Shown here: positions 13,209-25,904 of the stretch, one piece after another
How positions within the stretch are numbered: the first letter of the stretch is position 1
Layout: every line of letters starts with the position of its first letter
DNA from: Mytilus californianus
Taxonomy: Eukaryota
Length of the DNA stretch: 64,000 nucleotides
Reading direction: 5' to 3'
NCBI RefSeq assembly: GCF_021869535.1
Contig: NW_026262668.1
Coordinates: 13,206,001-13,270,000, forward strand
Translations under genes and position numbers: made by a program
Notes under the pieces: generated by a model
What the model was told of the DNA's origin: nothing
The model's database searches: none
The model's input: the letters and a program-made list of their open reading frames with translations, nothing else

Positions 13209-13485
13209 ATGGCTGAAACGAACAAAAGGATCGAAAAGAGTCTTCCTTTTATCAAGGATAACCTAACTCACGTTGATTCTGTTGTTGACAAGTTGATTGA
13301 ATTTGGCGTTATACCATTGAAAGAGCGCGATTCTATTGTATCTAAACCTTTAGAAAGAGATCAGATCCAAAGTATACTGGATGTCGTTACAAGAAAAAAA
13401 AAGGGAGATGCTTTTTTGTCAGCATTAGTGGAGACGAAAAACGAGCATGTGGCTGACACAATAAAATCCGTTAAACTATCTGAAG
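13209..13485 (+). CDS. CARD (death-fold) domain exon
   Basis: IEKSLPFIKDNLTHVDSVVDKLIEFGVIPLKERDSI...DQIQSILDVVTRKKKGDAFLSALVETKNEHVADTI shows the six-helix CARD pattern (L...V..vvD.L...gVi, F..AL.et...hva); donor G|GTATGA. Confidence 0.75.
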
Positions 13486-13575
13486 GTATGACTTAGCAAT
13501 AACTATAAATCATATCAATCTTGTGTTACTGTAGCGTATGAATTTGAATTTGAGTATTACAGTTTCTCATTTCAG

Positions 13576-13622
13576 AAAAGGAAACGATTGACAGATCTCG
13601 AACATACATAAAAGATCGAAAT
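13576..13622 (+). CDS. CARD gene exon 2 (KETIDRSRTYIKDRN)
   Basis: ctcatttcag acceptor, GTAAGT donor; phase 1 in, phase 0 out. Confidence 0.7.
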
Positions 13623-15399
13623 GTAAGTATATTTACTATATAATATTTATTTGCCTTCTTTGTTCAAGTGTTCTTCAGCTAAATTCTAACGTCTAACAAA
13701 ATTTGTTTCCACAAATTAAAACAAGGGTTCTAATTGACAAAAAAATCATATTCGTCTAAAAATTGGGGTTGAATAACAAAATAGTACTGGAACTTGTTAA
13801 TAACGAATTGTTGAGGATATACGATACAAAAAAAAATTATTCAAGATTTTTTTACTTGATTTTTCAAATATGTAATAAAGGAAACATACCTTCATATGCT
13901 ACTTTTAGAGATAAATGTGGTAAATATTTTGGATAAATACTGATAATTTCTGGGTTTTTTTAATATGAATTAGACATTTGTATCCTTTGGGTAGATATAC
14001 CCATGGAAGTATTATATTGACAGGAACTCCAACAAGCGGACTTCAAACGTTTATAGTGCGATGCCGCAAAATCGTTAAGTATCTGTTAATTAACTCGAAA
14101 TGTCTTAAGGATGTCTGGGTGCCGATCAAATTTTTGGAACATCGTGAATGATCGTAATTACGGAACATACCGAAATAACCGGATGTGTACTTAATTGTCA
14201 AGGAAATGACATTTACCGACCATGTGAATGACAAATATAATGTCAGTTTTTACGGCTTTTGTTGCTTAAAAACAAATAAAAAGAAAAGAAACGAAATCCC
14301 CGCGACTGTTTTCACCGATTAAAAAAACAAACAAAAAAAAAACTGAAGAGTAAAAAAACTCACAAGCCATAAACATTTCAGTTTAAGTTACAATCAATTT
14401 TAAAGTAGTAAGATTTTTATTCATGAGAGGGCCGTTGGCTAAACACGCGTAACTGTTATATACATGTTAGGCTTGAAAATCATAAAATTCTCATGTAAAG
14501 TAAACGGGGTTAAAGAGCTTTGATCCGAAAAAATATCAAATATTTTGATTTATTGTTTACTGAAAATCCAATGTTGTTTCAGAACTGTTAAGCTTTTAAA
14601 CACATAAATAAATTCTAATTTGGTTTCCATGATAAAAAAAAAATAAACTGCTTAGGGCCCATCATGGTGATCATTCTTTAAATGCATCTAGAAATATTTA
14701 AAGCCATCCATAATTTACTTCTAAATTTTACTAAAAATAAATCTGTCAGACGTCAGAGTAATCTGGGACTAGGTTGAATGTTTAAGGTTGTTTACAACTT
14801 TGGAATTATTATAAAAGGTGTAACAATTCATCTGCATGTCTCGTAACCTGATATTGCTATGTAGAGGTCATCACATGCGTGTAATTATTAACCTCTTTTA
14901 GTCTTTAAAACATATTTGATAAATAAGTTAATAACATTTTACGATATTTTACGATAGAGAAAACCATAAATATTTGTGTTACACTCGATAAAAGTTTACA
15001 ATCTTTAACTTAAAATTTGAGTTATCCGGCACCATCCGGCAGACTACACGCGCATCACATTATTTTTTGCAAACACTCTACTTCAGAATCATGTAATTTT
15101 CCTAATCGGATATTTCCCGATTTCCAAGTTCCAACGATTAAAACATACTCAACAAAACTAAAAATAAGCTTGCCCTCTTTCCGAATGCAGTTAATTTTCT
15201 TATGTCATTCTGTTAAATATGGACCGATTTTTTCGATCTTTTCAGCTTTGTTCTTCATTTATTGAACGGAAACACGTGTTGTTATTCATGTGGCGATTCA
15301 CAAATAACCACGGGAGTTTCCGTGTTTATTTACATAGGTAGGTAGATAAGACAATCGATACCAAATCACGTGATAAGACCAGCTTCAGTTAAAAGAACA

Positions 15400-15955
15400 G
15401 GCGAAGGCGGCATCACAGATACCCCACAAAGGAGTTATCACGTACTTGACAAACTGAGTCGGAACCTTTTATTTTCTTAAAGAAATCAGTGGGATGGGAA
15501 TGTGCTAATTTTTCGTTGGAGTTCCTGTCAATATAATACTTCCATGATATACCAAACTTTTGTATTTCAAAAGACCAACACAAGCGTTTTTTTTTCATTG
15601 TAAACCCATTTGGAATATTTTTTATATAAGTATACATTAAATTTCACAATTCATTGGAAATGATTCATATTTATTAAATTTTCATGATTTTTAGAAAAAA
15701 CGGCATGTTTTGCTGTTTATTTTGTCATTTAAAAAACAAACCATCGTTGATTTCTACTTAAATGTTGGCACAAATAATCTCCCTACATAATTAAGCCAAA
15801 TGTCATTTCAAAAAGCAGGGATCCATGAACTCGTTTTTAAGATAAATCAAATGATTAAAATAGTGGGAAAATACATCTTTTTCCGATATGTTACATTTTG
15901 CCATCTCGAAAAAAAATTAACGTTAGCAACGTCATATCCTCACTTGTAACTGTAT
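15400..15955 (-). mobile_element. Inverted, end-damaged relative of the 16594-17214 element
   Basis: Reverse-complement similarity, e.g. gggatccatgaactcgtttt vs aaaacgagttcatggaccc, and acgttagcaac vs gttgctaacgt. Confidence 0.6.
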
Positions 15956-16593
15956 TAAACGAGAACTTTTTTTTACTGACAAACTCATTTTAGACCTGTT
16001 TTTGCAAAGTTTTCACATTGAAAATGTATGATACTCATTAAACATTAAAAAAAGATATCTCTCAGAAAATGTGTTTATTTGCCAAGCTTTTAAGACATAG
16101 TTTGTCTACATCATAAAAGTGACATTATAAGGAAGATTATTCAGATTTTTTGAAAAAAAATAAACAAAGTACAGATACATTTTTGCAAAATAAACATAGA
16201 GCACAAGCTTCGCCAAAAACATTTTTTGCAATGAATAGATAAGCAAAAAATACTCTAACTGCGCAAATATATTTAATTCATAAGCATGTGCAAGTCAAAT
16301 AGTCACGAATTTGCGTAAATTTGCCAATTTTCTAATTTTTCTGATATTTTCTGGTCCTATTATTCATGGAATAGGTAATTTGAAACTAAAACTGCATTTT
16401 TTTAAAAGAATATAACTTGCCTTGAAAATTTGAAGATTCTGCAAGTTGCACGGTGTGTAACCGCCAAACAATTCACTCCGGAAGTGTGTTCTAAAATATG
16501 TAGCTTATGCTGGGACTATTATACTAGTCTTAGGCTTATGTATGTACATATTTTATAAACAAAAATGTATCGAACACCTTGTATGTATGTTAA

Positions 16594-17214
16594 GGGCATA
16601 CGATAGTTACAGGGGAGGTAATGATGTTGCTAACGTAAAATGTTATTTTTCACGACGTCAAACTGTGACATATCGGGAAAAGAAGTATTATTGACTGATT
16701 TTTATCATTCAGACTGATTTAACTTGAAAACGAGTTCATGGACCCTTTTTTTAAAATGAAATTTGGCTGTATAATGTATGAAGATTATTTGTCCCAACTT
16801 TTATGAACAAATCACCGATGAAATTAAGTATTTTAAATTAGATAAATATACAGCAAAAATACCGTTCTTTGACTTAAATCATGAAAATGTGATAAAAATG
16901 AATAATTTCCAAAGAATTGTTACACAAATTCAAAGCACACTTATATAGAGAAGATATTCCAGATGCTTTCAAAAAAATCCGCTTGCTTTTATCTTTTGAA
17001 ACAAAAAGTTAAGTATGTCTTTCCAAAGGATAGAAAAGTCCAAGAAATCGAAATTTCCAGTAAATGTCTAAAATTTCGACCCCATTTATCACTAAAAGTA
17101 GCACATAAAGGTATAGTTTATTTTATTACATATTTGAATTGACTAGGTGAAAAATAGCTTGCAGCAAACTTTCTTCAAAAATTCACCGTGAGATCAAAAC
17201 TATATCGTGTGCCC
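16594..17214 (+). mobile_element. TTAA-flanked TIR element (Kolobok-like, non-autonomous)
   Basis: TTAA|GGGCATACGATAGTT ... AACTATATCGTGTGCCC|TTAA. Purine-purine termini with a TTAA TSD fit Kolobok rather than piggyBac. Confidence 0.75.
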
Positions 17215-18869
17215 TTAAGTCATTTAAGTCATCATGTAGCTGTAATTACCGTTTTAAAAACAAAATAATGAGCACAAAACTGTCATTAAAATGCTTTACT
17301 AATGTATACAAATAAAAAAAACCAACTAGGAAACGTATTGCAAGCGTATTTTCCTCCAGAATATATCACGTATGCCCATTTCATTAAATGTAGTTGTAGT
17401 TTGTTTACTGTACCGTCGATTTGTATATGTAAATTAGTTGCGCGTTTTGTTTATTAAAATGTACCTTTCGTTGGCAAAAATATTGACAAGAACACGATAG
17501 CACCGATTTATTGTTAAACAATTGCTTATGGATTAAATAGAAGAATACCAATCCAAAAATACTATGGTGATTAAAACTGTTTCTTTTCTTTTCTTTCTCC
17601 TTAGTGCAAAAGTCCTTAAATTGACGTCGAAATTGGGACCAATTAATACGTTTATTTCATTTGTAATACGATCGACATGTAATGGTATTAATGACCTCAC
17701 CTGTTTAATGTTTATGATCTCTTATCCAAGACAGCGTTTTACAATTTCGCTATATTTACTGTTAACTTGGTATTAAAAGCATTCGAAACACTAAGTTTTC
17801 CTACCCAACAAATATATTTAGCCTTAACTAGTTTTGACACAACCTTGATTGGAAAATATGCATTTTTTTAGGAGCATATAATCGTCAATTTTTTTTTAAT
17901 AGAATTACGCCCCCTTTGAAAAAATACTGGATCCGCCCCTAAAGGTAAGAGTACATTTGAACTGAGCAATATATCTGAGGTAGTTAATGTACATCGTAAC
18001 TGTGCATTATCCAAATTATTACACAGTAAGAACAAAAGGATTTTGCCCATGGCATGTGTTAGATCCTTAAGCTTTATTGCATCTTTGTGTTTTTGAGTTC
18101 TCGTATAATTGACCGCTACTCGAACTATGAAATATCCTTATAGACAGCTTTGTGGATATCATCATCATGTTAATCACACGATCTAGACAGCTTTGTTGAT
18201 ATCACCATCATGTTAATCACACGAAGCGTTCATAAATAATCTAAACGTAATAACAACAAAAATCAACACCTACACTAGTTTTTCCTTAATTCTAACTAAC
18301 GAAAATTTTCTGAAATGAAAGGCTGTTTGAACACAATGAAAGCCAACAATCTTCCAACAAGTTATTACACGTAAGCCCCTTTTTAATTGTTTAATCTTAA
18401 CTAAACACTATTACGTTCCCATTGATAAAGATCAATGTTTACATATAGTTTAAAACAGGTTTTAACTACATGCAGTTGATAGTCAATATAGACCTTGTGT
18501 GGGTTAGTGTACGTAAAACTAGACATTAAGAAAGTGGATTTTATTATGAATATTTAAGTTACATATATTTAATAAAAATTATTATAATAATATTATGAAT
18601 TAAGTTATTTACCTATTTATATGACAAAAACTCAAAAATTGCTCATTTAAGAACATGATTAAATTTAATAGCCTAAGTGGACTATTTGATTTTCAGTGTT
18701 TGCTGATAGACTATTCATTTTACAGCGGTTGATAGTACGACTCATGTAATTAGCGCGAAAATTATTTTCAGTTTTTGTACATAACTAATTCTTGCAAAGT
18801 ACTGCATTTTGTATGACCAAATATTCATTTTCATCATGTCTTGGACAAGATTAATTTTACAGTTTGTTT

Positions 18870-19310
18870 CAGTCGACTATTCATACCCAAAATCACCACG
18901 TGGGTGTCTTTGGGATAGAAATCGCTTAGATCTTCTTCCGATCGGGCGTAAAACCCTTGCCAAAATAGGGCGTCCGTTTAACTGTTCGGGATGTACAAGT
19001 ACTCATCCACGTCTGGTCAAAATAGGGACATTGAATCCGATGCCTCGTGTAGATAGAGTGCCATGCTTCCTGCACGTTAAGAACCTTTGCAACAATTCTT
19101 GGAGGGGTCCGTAGGTGGCCTGTTGCAAGGCAAATTTCTGTCCCTATCCAATATACTGTCATTTTCCAATGGCAGTCCAAATTGCCCCGATTTTCGTCTC
19201 GGACGGCCTCTATTACATGACCTACCTATTGTATTTATTTTGAATTTGTTCTCGTCCTGAACATGCATGAAATATTTGCCACTAGACGTTACCCAACCCA
19301 CAATCAGTCA
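18870..19310 (+). mobile_element. SINE-like element (3' part)
   Basis: GC-richer body ending ...atgcatgaaatatttgccactagacgttacccaacccacaatcagtca; the same tail with (aatc)n recurs at ~2286-2343. No tRNA head recognised. Confidence 0.55.
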
Positions 19311-19385
19311 TTTTCAAAATCCTTTTTTTTTTGCCTATTATTACGCTGTTTTAGACTGTTTTAATCAATAGAACGATTGTCTTAA

Positions 19386-20245
19386 AGGAGCATTAGCTGT
19401 CAAGTTCATGTTCACCGATTTGACTCAAATTCTCATATTTGATTTATTACATACAAAAACGTATATCCAAATTACAATAAGTCTGAAATAAACAATTAAC
19501 AATGCACGGACTCGATAATATATATATCAGCATTTCGTGTGTATTTTAGTCTAGACGTCATCTAACTAACCATCGAGATGACCTCCGAAGACTGCCGACT
19601 AACCCAATTTAAACATAAGCATAAATATCAATAGATAGCGACCTCGTGCAATTGGACTTTTCTAGGTCTGTTTGATTTCATGTAATAGGTTAGAAAAATA
19701 AGATAATCATCGTTTTTACCTGTATAAGAAGGATTTTTTTGTGGATCGAATCAGTCAACAAAATGGTTCATCCTTATTTCACTTTCAATGTTGACATTCT
19801 TTCTTTTTTAATGGCTGAACACGACTAATACATACATGAATGGTTTTACACTAGTAATTTTTGGGGCCCTTTATAGCTTGCTGTTCAGTGTGAGCCAAGG
19901 CTCCGTGTTGAAGGCCGTACTTTGACCTATAATGGTTTAGTTTTATAAAATGTGACTTGAATGGAGAGTTGTTTCATTGGCACTCATAACTCATCTTCTT
20001 ATATCTAGTAACACATCTCTAGCTAATGGGTTGAATTGAAGGTCACATGAATACGGATTCAATGAGGTCGAATTATTCACTTGCAAGTGAATAATTTCAT
20101 CAGCGATGTTTCTTAGTTTATTTTGACAAAATTGAACTAAATTGGCTGCTAAAATCGAATTATCATTTCACTTTTTCCCTTTCATTAATGATTGAACAAA
20201 AAAATCATATTTTATTTTTTTTCATATCTCGTAGCTAATGCCCCT
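19386..20245. mobile_element. Second Kolobok-like family (TTAA TSD) with a nested Penelope-tail insert
   Basis: TTAA|AGGAGCATTAGCT ... AGCTAATGCCCCT|TTAA; tail repeat at ~19835-20010. Confidence 0.75.
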
Positions 20246-20759
20246 TTAAGGTACCGACCATTTACATAATAATAAAAAAAACATACAGAAACATTTTCTA
20301 AACTACATGTTGAAACCCCAGCCCTTCACTTTCAATGGTATCAAACGATTTTTATCACTTCATTATAAATATATTTTTCCTTCAAAAATAATTTGAATTT
20401 AAACATTTAAACCAATTATCTAACCCCTTCACCCCTAACAAAATATATCTAATTGAAAATTTAAAAAATATATAATTTGGTCTGCGCCTAAGAAAATTTA
20501 CAGAGAAAGTTTTCATTCAATTCTATGTTATGTACATGTTGTTTACTGGTGTGAACAATTTTCATGTACATGTAATTAAAACCGATGTACAGATGAGAAC
20601 AAATTTAATATGAAACCAGTGTTTATTACATGAAACTAATTGTAAACAGGTATACAGTACGCGACGTTTGGTGTGAACACGGCCTAACATATCTATAATA
20701 TGTAATCATTATATGTAACTTGCCCTTTATGGGCCGAAAATTGGTTTAATAAAGTATTC

Positions 20760-21419
20760 GTTTTTATACGCCCGTTTACGGGACGTATTATGGTATACTG
20801 CTGACCGTCTGTCCGTCTGTCCGTCCGTCCGTCCGTCGTCAACATGTCGGACATTAATTCAAAAACGATTTAACCAATATGCATGAAACTTTGGTGAATT
20901 GTTTATATCTATTGACCTGAGCTCCCTTTAGTTTTTTTATAAATTTCGGATTTACTGTTTCCGAGTTTTGGGTTTTTTTCATTAAAAAAGGGGTGATTTT
21001 CCAGTTTTCAGACAATAACTCAAAAACAAATTCACCAATTTGCATGAAACTTTGGTGAATTGTTTATATCTATTGACGTGAGCTCCCTTTTGTTTTTTTA
21101 TAAATTTCGGATTTACCGTTTCCGAGTTTTGGGGTTTTATTCATTAAAAAAGGGGGGATTTTCCAGTTTTCAGACAATAACTCAAAAATGCTTTCAGCAT
21201 TTTTTATGAAACGTTAGTTATTTGTTTATATCTATTTTTGTAAGCTCCCTTTTGATTTTTATAAATTTTCGAATTTAGGTTTCTGAGTTATAAGATTTTA
21301 TTTGTTTATAGTCTGACAACAGATTTACTAAGCATTGTGCAACAGCACAGTGTATTGCACAACAGCAAGAAATCTTTAATTGAATATAAATTCAATTCAT
21401 ATAACCAATTATACAACAT

Positions 21420-21453
<34 letters not shown>

Positions 21454-22270
21454 CAATGTTTTTGACCCGTCCGTCCGTCAGTCCGTCAGTCCTGTTTCTT
21501 GTCATCGCAACTCCTCTCAAACCACACAACAGAATTTCACGAAACCTTTTTAGATAATAAGGACATACTATGTAGTTGTGCATATCGACAGGAAATTACG
21601 ATTCAATTCTTTTTCTAGGAGTTACGCCCCTTTGAACTTATTTATTTTAATGTACTACTGCAACAGTTTGTCATCGCAACTTCTCTCAAACCACACAACA
21701 GAATTTCATGAAACCTTTTCAGATAATAAGGACATACTACGTAGATGTGCATATCGACAGGAAATTACGATTCAATTTTTTTCCAGGAGTTACGCCCCTT
21801 TGAACTTATTTGCCCAATATACTACTGCAACCTTTTGTCATCGCAACTCCTTTCAAACCACACAACGGAATTTCATGAAACCTTTTCAGATAATAAGGAC
21901 ATACTACGTAGATGTGCATATCGACAGGAAATTACGATTCAATTTTTTTCCAGGAGTTACGCCCCTTTGAACTTATTTGCCCAAAATACTACTGCAACCT
22001 TTTGTCATCGCAACTCCTCTCAAACCACACAACAGAATTTCATCCACTTATTTTATTTCTCCAATGACAATGTGGTGACGTGGAGTATGTGAGCGCGCTC
22101 ACTAAGGTTCTTTCATTCAGAAACCTATAATATGTCAAATATTTAATTACAATCCAAATTCAGACCTGTATCAAGCTTGAATATTGTGTCCATTTTTGCC
22201 CCAACTGTTCAGGGTTGGACCTCTGCGGGCGTATCCAGCTGCGCTCAGCGAAGCAGTTATTGTGTTTGTA
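20760..22270 (+). mobile_element. HINE family A (gtcc microsatellite, ~160-bp cores) interrupted by HINE B
   Basis: 5' hairpin cccgtttacggg, (gtcc/gtct)n, three core repeats; the 3' part resumes at 22113. An uninterrupted reverse copy lies at ~47708-48190. Confidence 0.7.
21420..22112 (+). mobile_element. HINE family B with ~167-bp core repeats x3.2
   Basis: 5' ttattataccccacgcaacgagttgcggagggta, (gtcc/gtca)n, gtcatcgcaac units at 21501, 21670, 21837 and 22004, 3' palindrome gtgagcgcgctcac. Confidence 0.75.
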
Positions 22271-24110
22271 TTCGTACAGAATTTGTACACACCATCGTTT
22301 AGTCCATATGATACCTTTGTTATATCTTATACGTGAATTTTGCATTCCTTGTCCAGACAGGCAGATTTTTATTTCAATTTCTTGCATAAAACCATAATGT
22401 TATCTCGTTTTAAACAATAAACAATAAAATTGAAAAAAAGGTGTAAACGACTAATTTCAGATATCACAACAGAACTACTGGTCTAATATTAGCAAATAGC
22501 TTGTTCAGAGCGATTTCAAAATTGACGTTTTTTTCTAAAAATGTTACCATAAGATAATGTTCTTATTGGACGTTTTTTTTTTTTCGAAAAAGGCGGACGA
22601 TATTTAATCCACGGTTCCTTGGACAGTTATCTTGTAGGGCAAAGAAAGGGGGGAAATACGCTTTTAAGTAGTACAAGGTCGGTAAATTTTAGATTATTAA
22701 CTTTTTTTAAATTCAGGCTTTCTCCTAAATTGATACATTCTTTATAGAACTGAGTTTTAATTGCAGATCTTTGATTGCTTTTTATAAAGGAGTATGGCCT
22801 TCCAAATCAAACTTTGTTATATCATATGTAAAAACACATGTATACGACCTTAAATATATGCAAATGTAGATAAAATGATACACACTTGTTGTCAGTTGTT
22901 CATTTTAACAGTAATGACAACTTCAAAAGTATGATACATATATTTTACAACTTTTAAACCAAATTGCCTGTTTAAAGGCATTTGTAAGGTTTATTTCCTT
23001 CTGAAAAACATTGGCCACAATAAAATTGTTATAAAAAGATGTATACATGTATGGGTCAGAAAAAATAGTCAAAATTATGATTTTCTTCGTGAACCTACTC
23101 CTTTATTCACAATTGTGTTCTTCGAGAATATTATCACATGAAAATAAATCGAAGACTGATGCGCCTAAATTCAAAGTGCAAATTCAACAGAAAAAAAAAC
23201 TTTCAATTTCAATATTTAACTACCCCATCCCCTCCCCTCCCCCCAATTTTTCAACTGTATTAGGCGATTGATTTTGAAGACATGTCGCATCTTCACCAAG
23301 TATTATTGATCTGCAACTTATATATTTTTTCCAGTTTTGGCAAAGACTTGAATATCATAAACCTCATTAAATTCGATCCAAAAATAGTCACTAAAGAGGA
23401 ATACATATTTAAAAAAAAAGTAACAAATTTCATTAACACAAATTAATCCAAATCAGATTTCGATTATTTAAATATTCTAAAATACAGTTATTTTTTGGCA
23501 GAAATTTAAAAAAAAATAATTAAGTTTTATCATGGAATTTTTCAAATTTAAGGAACGAGAAACACTTTCTTTTTCATATTTTGAAACGACGGAGTTTTAC
23601 AAAGTTGTTGATCGATCAACTGTGTCGTAATTGCAAGGTAAGTGGCTCAATAAAAGGGGGCAGAGGGCGTACACCTCCCTTTGATTGGAAAATATGCATT
23701 TTTTTTTAGCATATAATCGTCAAAATATTTTAATGGATTTACACACCCTTTGAAAAATACTGGATCCGCCCCTAAAGGTAAGAGAATATTTGAACTGAGC
23801 AATATATCTGAGGTAGTTAAAGTACATCGTAACTGTGCATTATCCAAATTATCATCATCATGGTAATCACACGATATAGACAGCTATCACACGAAGCGTT
23901 CGGAAATAATCTAAACGTAATAACAACAACAATCAACACCTACACTAGTTTTTCTTTAATTCTAACTAACGAAAGCTATCTGAGCTGAAAGGCTATTTGA
24001 ACACTGCCTGGTTCGGTTATCCTGCTTATACACAATGAAAGCCAACAATCCTCCAACAAGTTATTACACGTAAGCTCATTTTAATTGTTTAATCTTTGTC
24101 GACATTTTAG

Positions 24111-24697
24111 AATGAAGACGATGCTGAAACGTATGATAAAGCGGAAAAGGAGCTTAAGAACATGAAAAAGAGAATGACCATCTGAAAACTCTTCAGAAGA
24201 AACTAAGGAAGGAATTGGAAGATAAGGGACGTCGACTGCGAGAATTAAACAAAGTAGCCATCGAAAGCCAGAATAAATGTAAACAACTTGAAGACCAAAC
24301 TGAAGATCAGAAAAAGTTATTGAATGTAAAGGAAGAACAAGTTCTGACATTAACAGATGAGTGTGGAAAACTAAAGAAACAAATAGATCAAGTGGAACAA
24401 AACTTGAAAGAAAAAGACGAGAAAATAGACACTTTAAGTAAAAACTTGAACGACGTTTTCAAAGAATTACAGAATCAAACTGAAATTACAAAAAACATTT
24501 TACGTGACAATGAACAGCATAAAATAGAAGTTTCTGAAATGAAAGAGGGAAACCAGGAACTAAAAAAATTGTGTTCCAGTATATATGAAGAACTCATTTC
24601 GAAAAAATCAGAGAGAAAACCAGATGTTTCCAATAACCGACCTGTACCGCAATGGCGAACAGGAACGAAAGGTACACCAAGAAACTGTAAACAATGA
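24111..24697 (+). CDS. Long coiled-coil exon, probably the C-terminus of the CARD gene; 1-nt frameshift near 24165-24169
   Basis: gacattttag acceptor in phase 0; NEDDAETYDKAEKELKNMK, then a shift into KENDHLKTLQKKLRKELEDK... continuing as ORF 24215-24697 (E/K/Q/L heptads). The link to the CARD exons is inferred from phase and strand only. Confidence 0.6.
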
Positions 24698-25904
24698 AAT
24701 GATTGAAAGCTATGACAAAACGACTTTAAATTCTATATTTTCGAACGATTCGATTTATATAACCATAGTTTGAAGCTTAACAAAATAAACGATCATTTCA
24801 TTATAGATTGTTTTAAGCAAGAACAAATATTGAATAGACCTGTATATTGTTGAAGACATTATGTCTGACATGGTTGCCCTCTTTGTATATACTGATTGTC
24901 TATCGTTAGGTTTCTGTCTCATTAGTTTATATCCCACATTTTAATTATTTATATCATTAAGCACTCTTTTGTCAAAATGTCTAGATGAATAATATAAGCT
25001 GGAAGATCCCAAACATAAAATGAAAATAACACTTCGTAAATTTGGTGTGTTTTTCTGGATATACCGTCACGTTCCATGAATGATCAAACCATGGGAGTAT
25101 TATATGATCAGATTAACAATCAAAGGCATTGGACACTATGAGTTTACAGTGATTTATTTTACCTTAGATGAGGCTACAGCTGGACTTATATGTCATTGGG
25201 ACAAACAATTTCCAGGCGTGATTATTAAACTTTACATTTTAATCAACTGAAGCTCAGTCATACTGACATATACACTTGAACATTGCTGGTATTCTTATCT
25301 TAGTATCACGTTTGATTATATTAAACAATATTTCACCCTTCATCTGTGGTTTAAAGCACAGTTCAGCAACTAGTTATTACATTAATCAAGTTCAGAATGT
25401 TCCCATGTTCAAACAGGATTACAATAGATATTTCAACCATACAACATTGATACTAGAGCCTCCTCATTACAACATGGACCCAAGAGTATGTCCAGATTCT
25501 ATTTCCATGTAAACATTATTTCTCCAACCATTCAATCAGTACCATTTTTAGAATATTGATTACAAAGCAGCACTACTGTGAGCCTCATCAGTGCCCTAGG
25601 AGTCCAAAAGTATGTGATTCCGAACCAAATTGTAAACCTACTTTGGACGCTGCTATTTCAAGCATACTTGAATCCTTAGAATCTGACAACATACACCTTT
25701 AAGATAGACTGTTTCACATATAAAATCCGCTTATACTTTAAGAATATTATAAAGAGATTGTATTATACATTGTATAGGTGTTTTATTCCTTTTTACAATT
25801 ATCTTATTATTTAAAGCTAGAGACAGTATGTTTTATTGATCTATAAGCTGTGGAGGAGTAACTGATAAACTGAAGGTGTTTAATACATTAATATTTTGGA
25901 TTAC

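Noticed and set aside
21578-22092. ORFs of 115-130 aa
   Set aside because: They are translations of the HINE 167-bp core repeats.
25550-25701. Possible extra plus-strand exon (ILITKQHYCEPHQCPRSPKVC...)
   Set aside because: It has an AG acceptor and an open frame, but no phase-compatible donor was identified in the CARD-CC exon and no homology was recognised.
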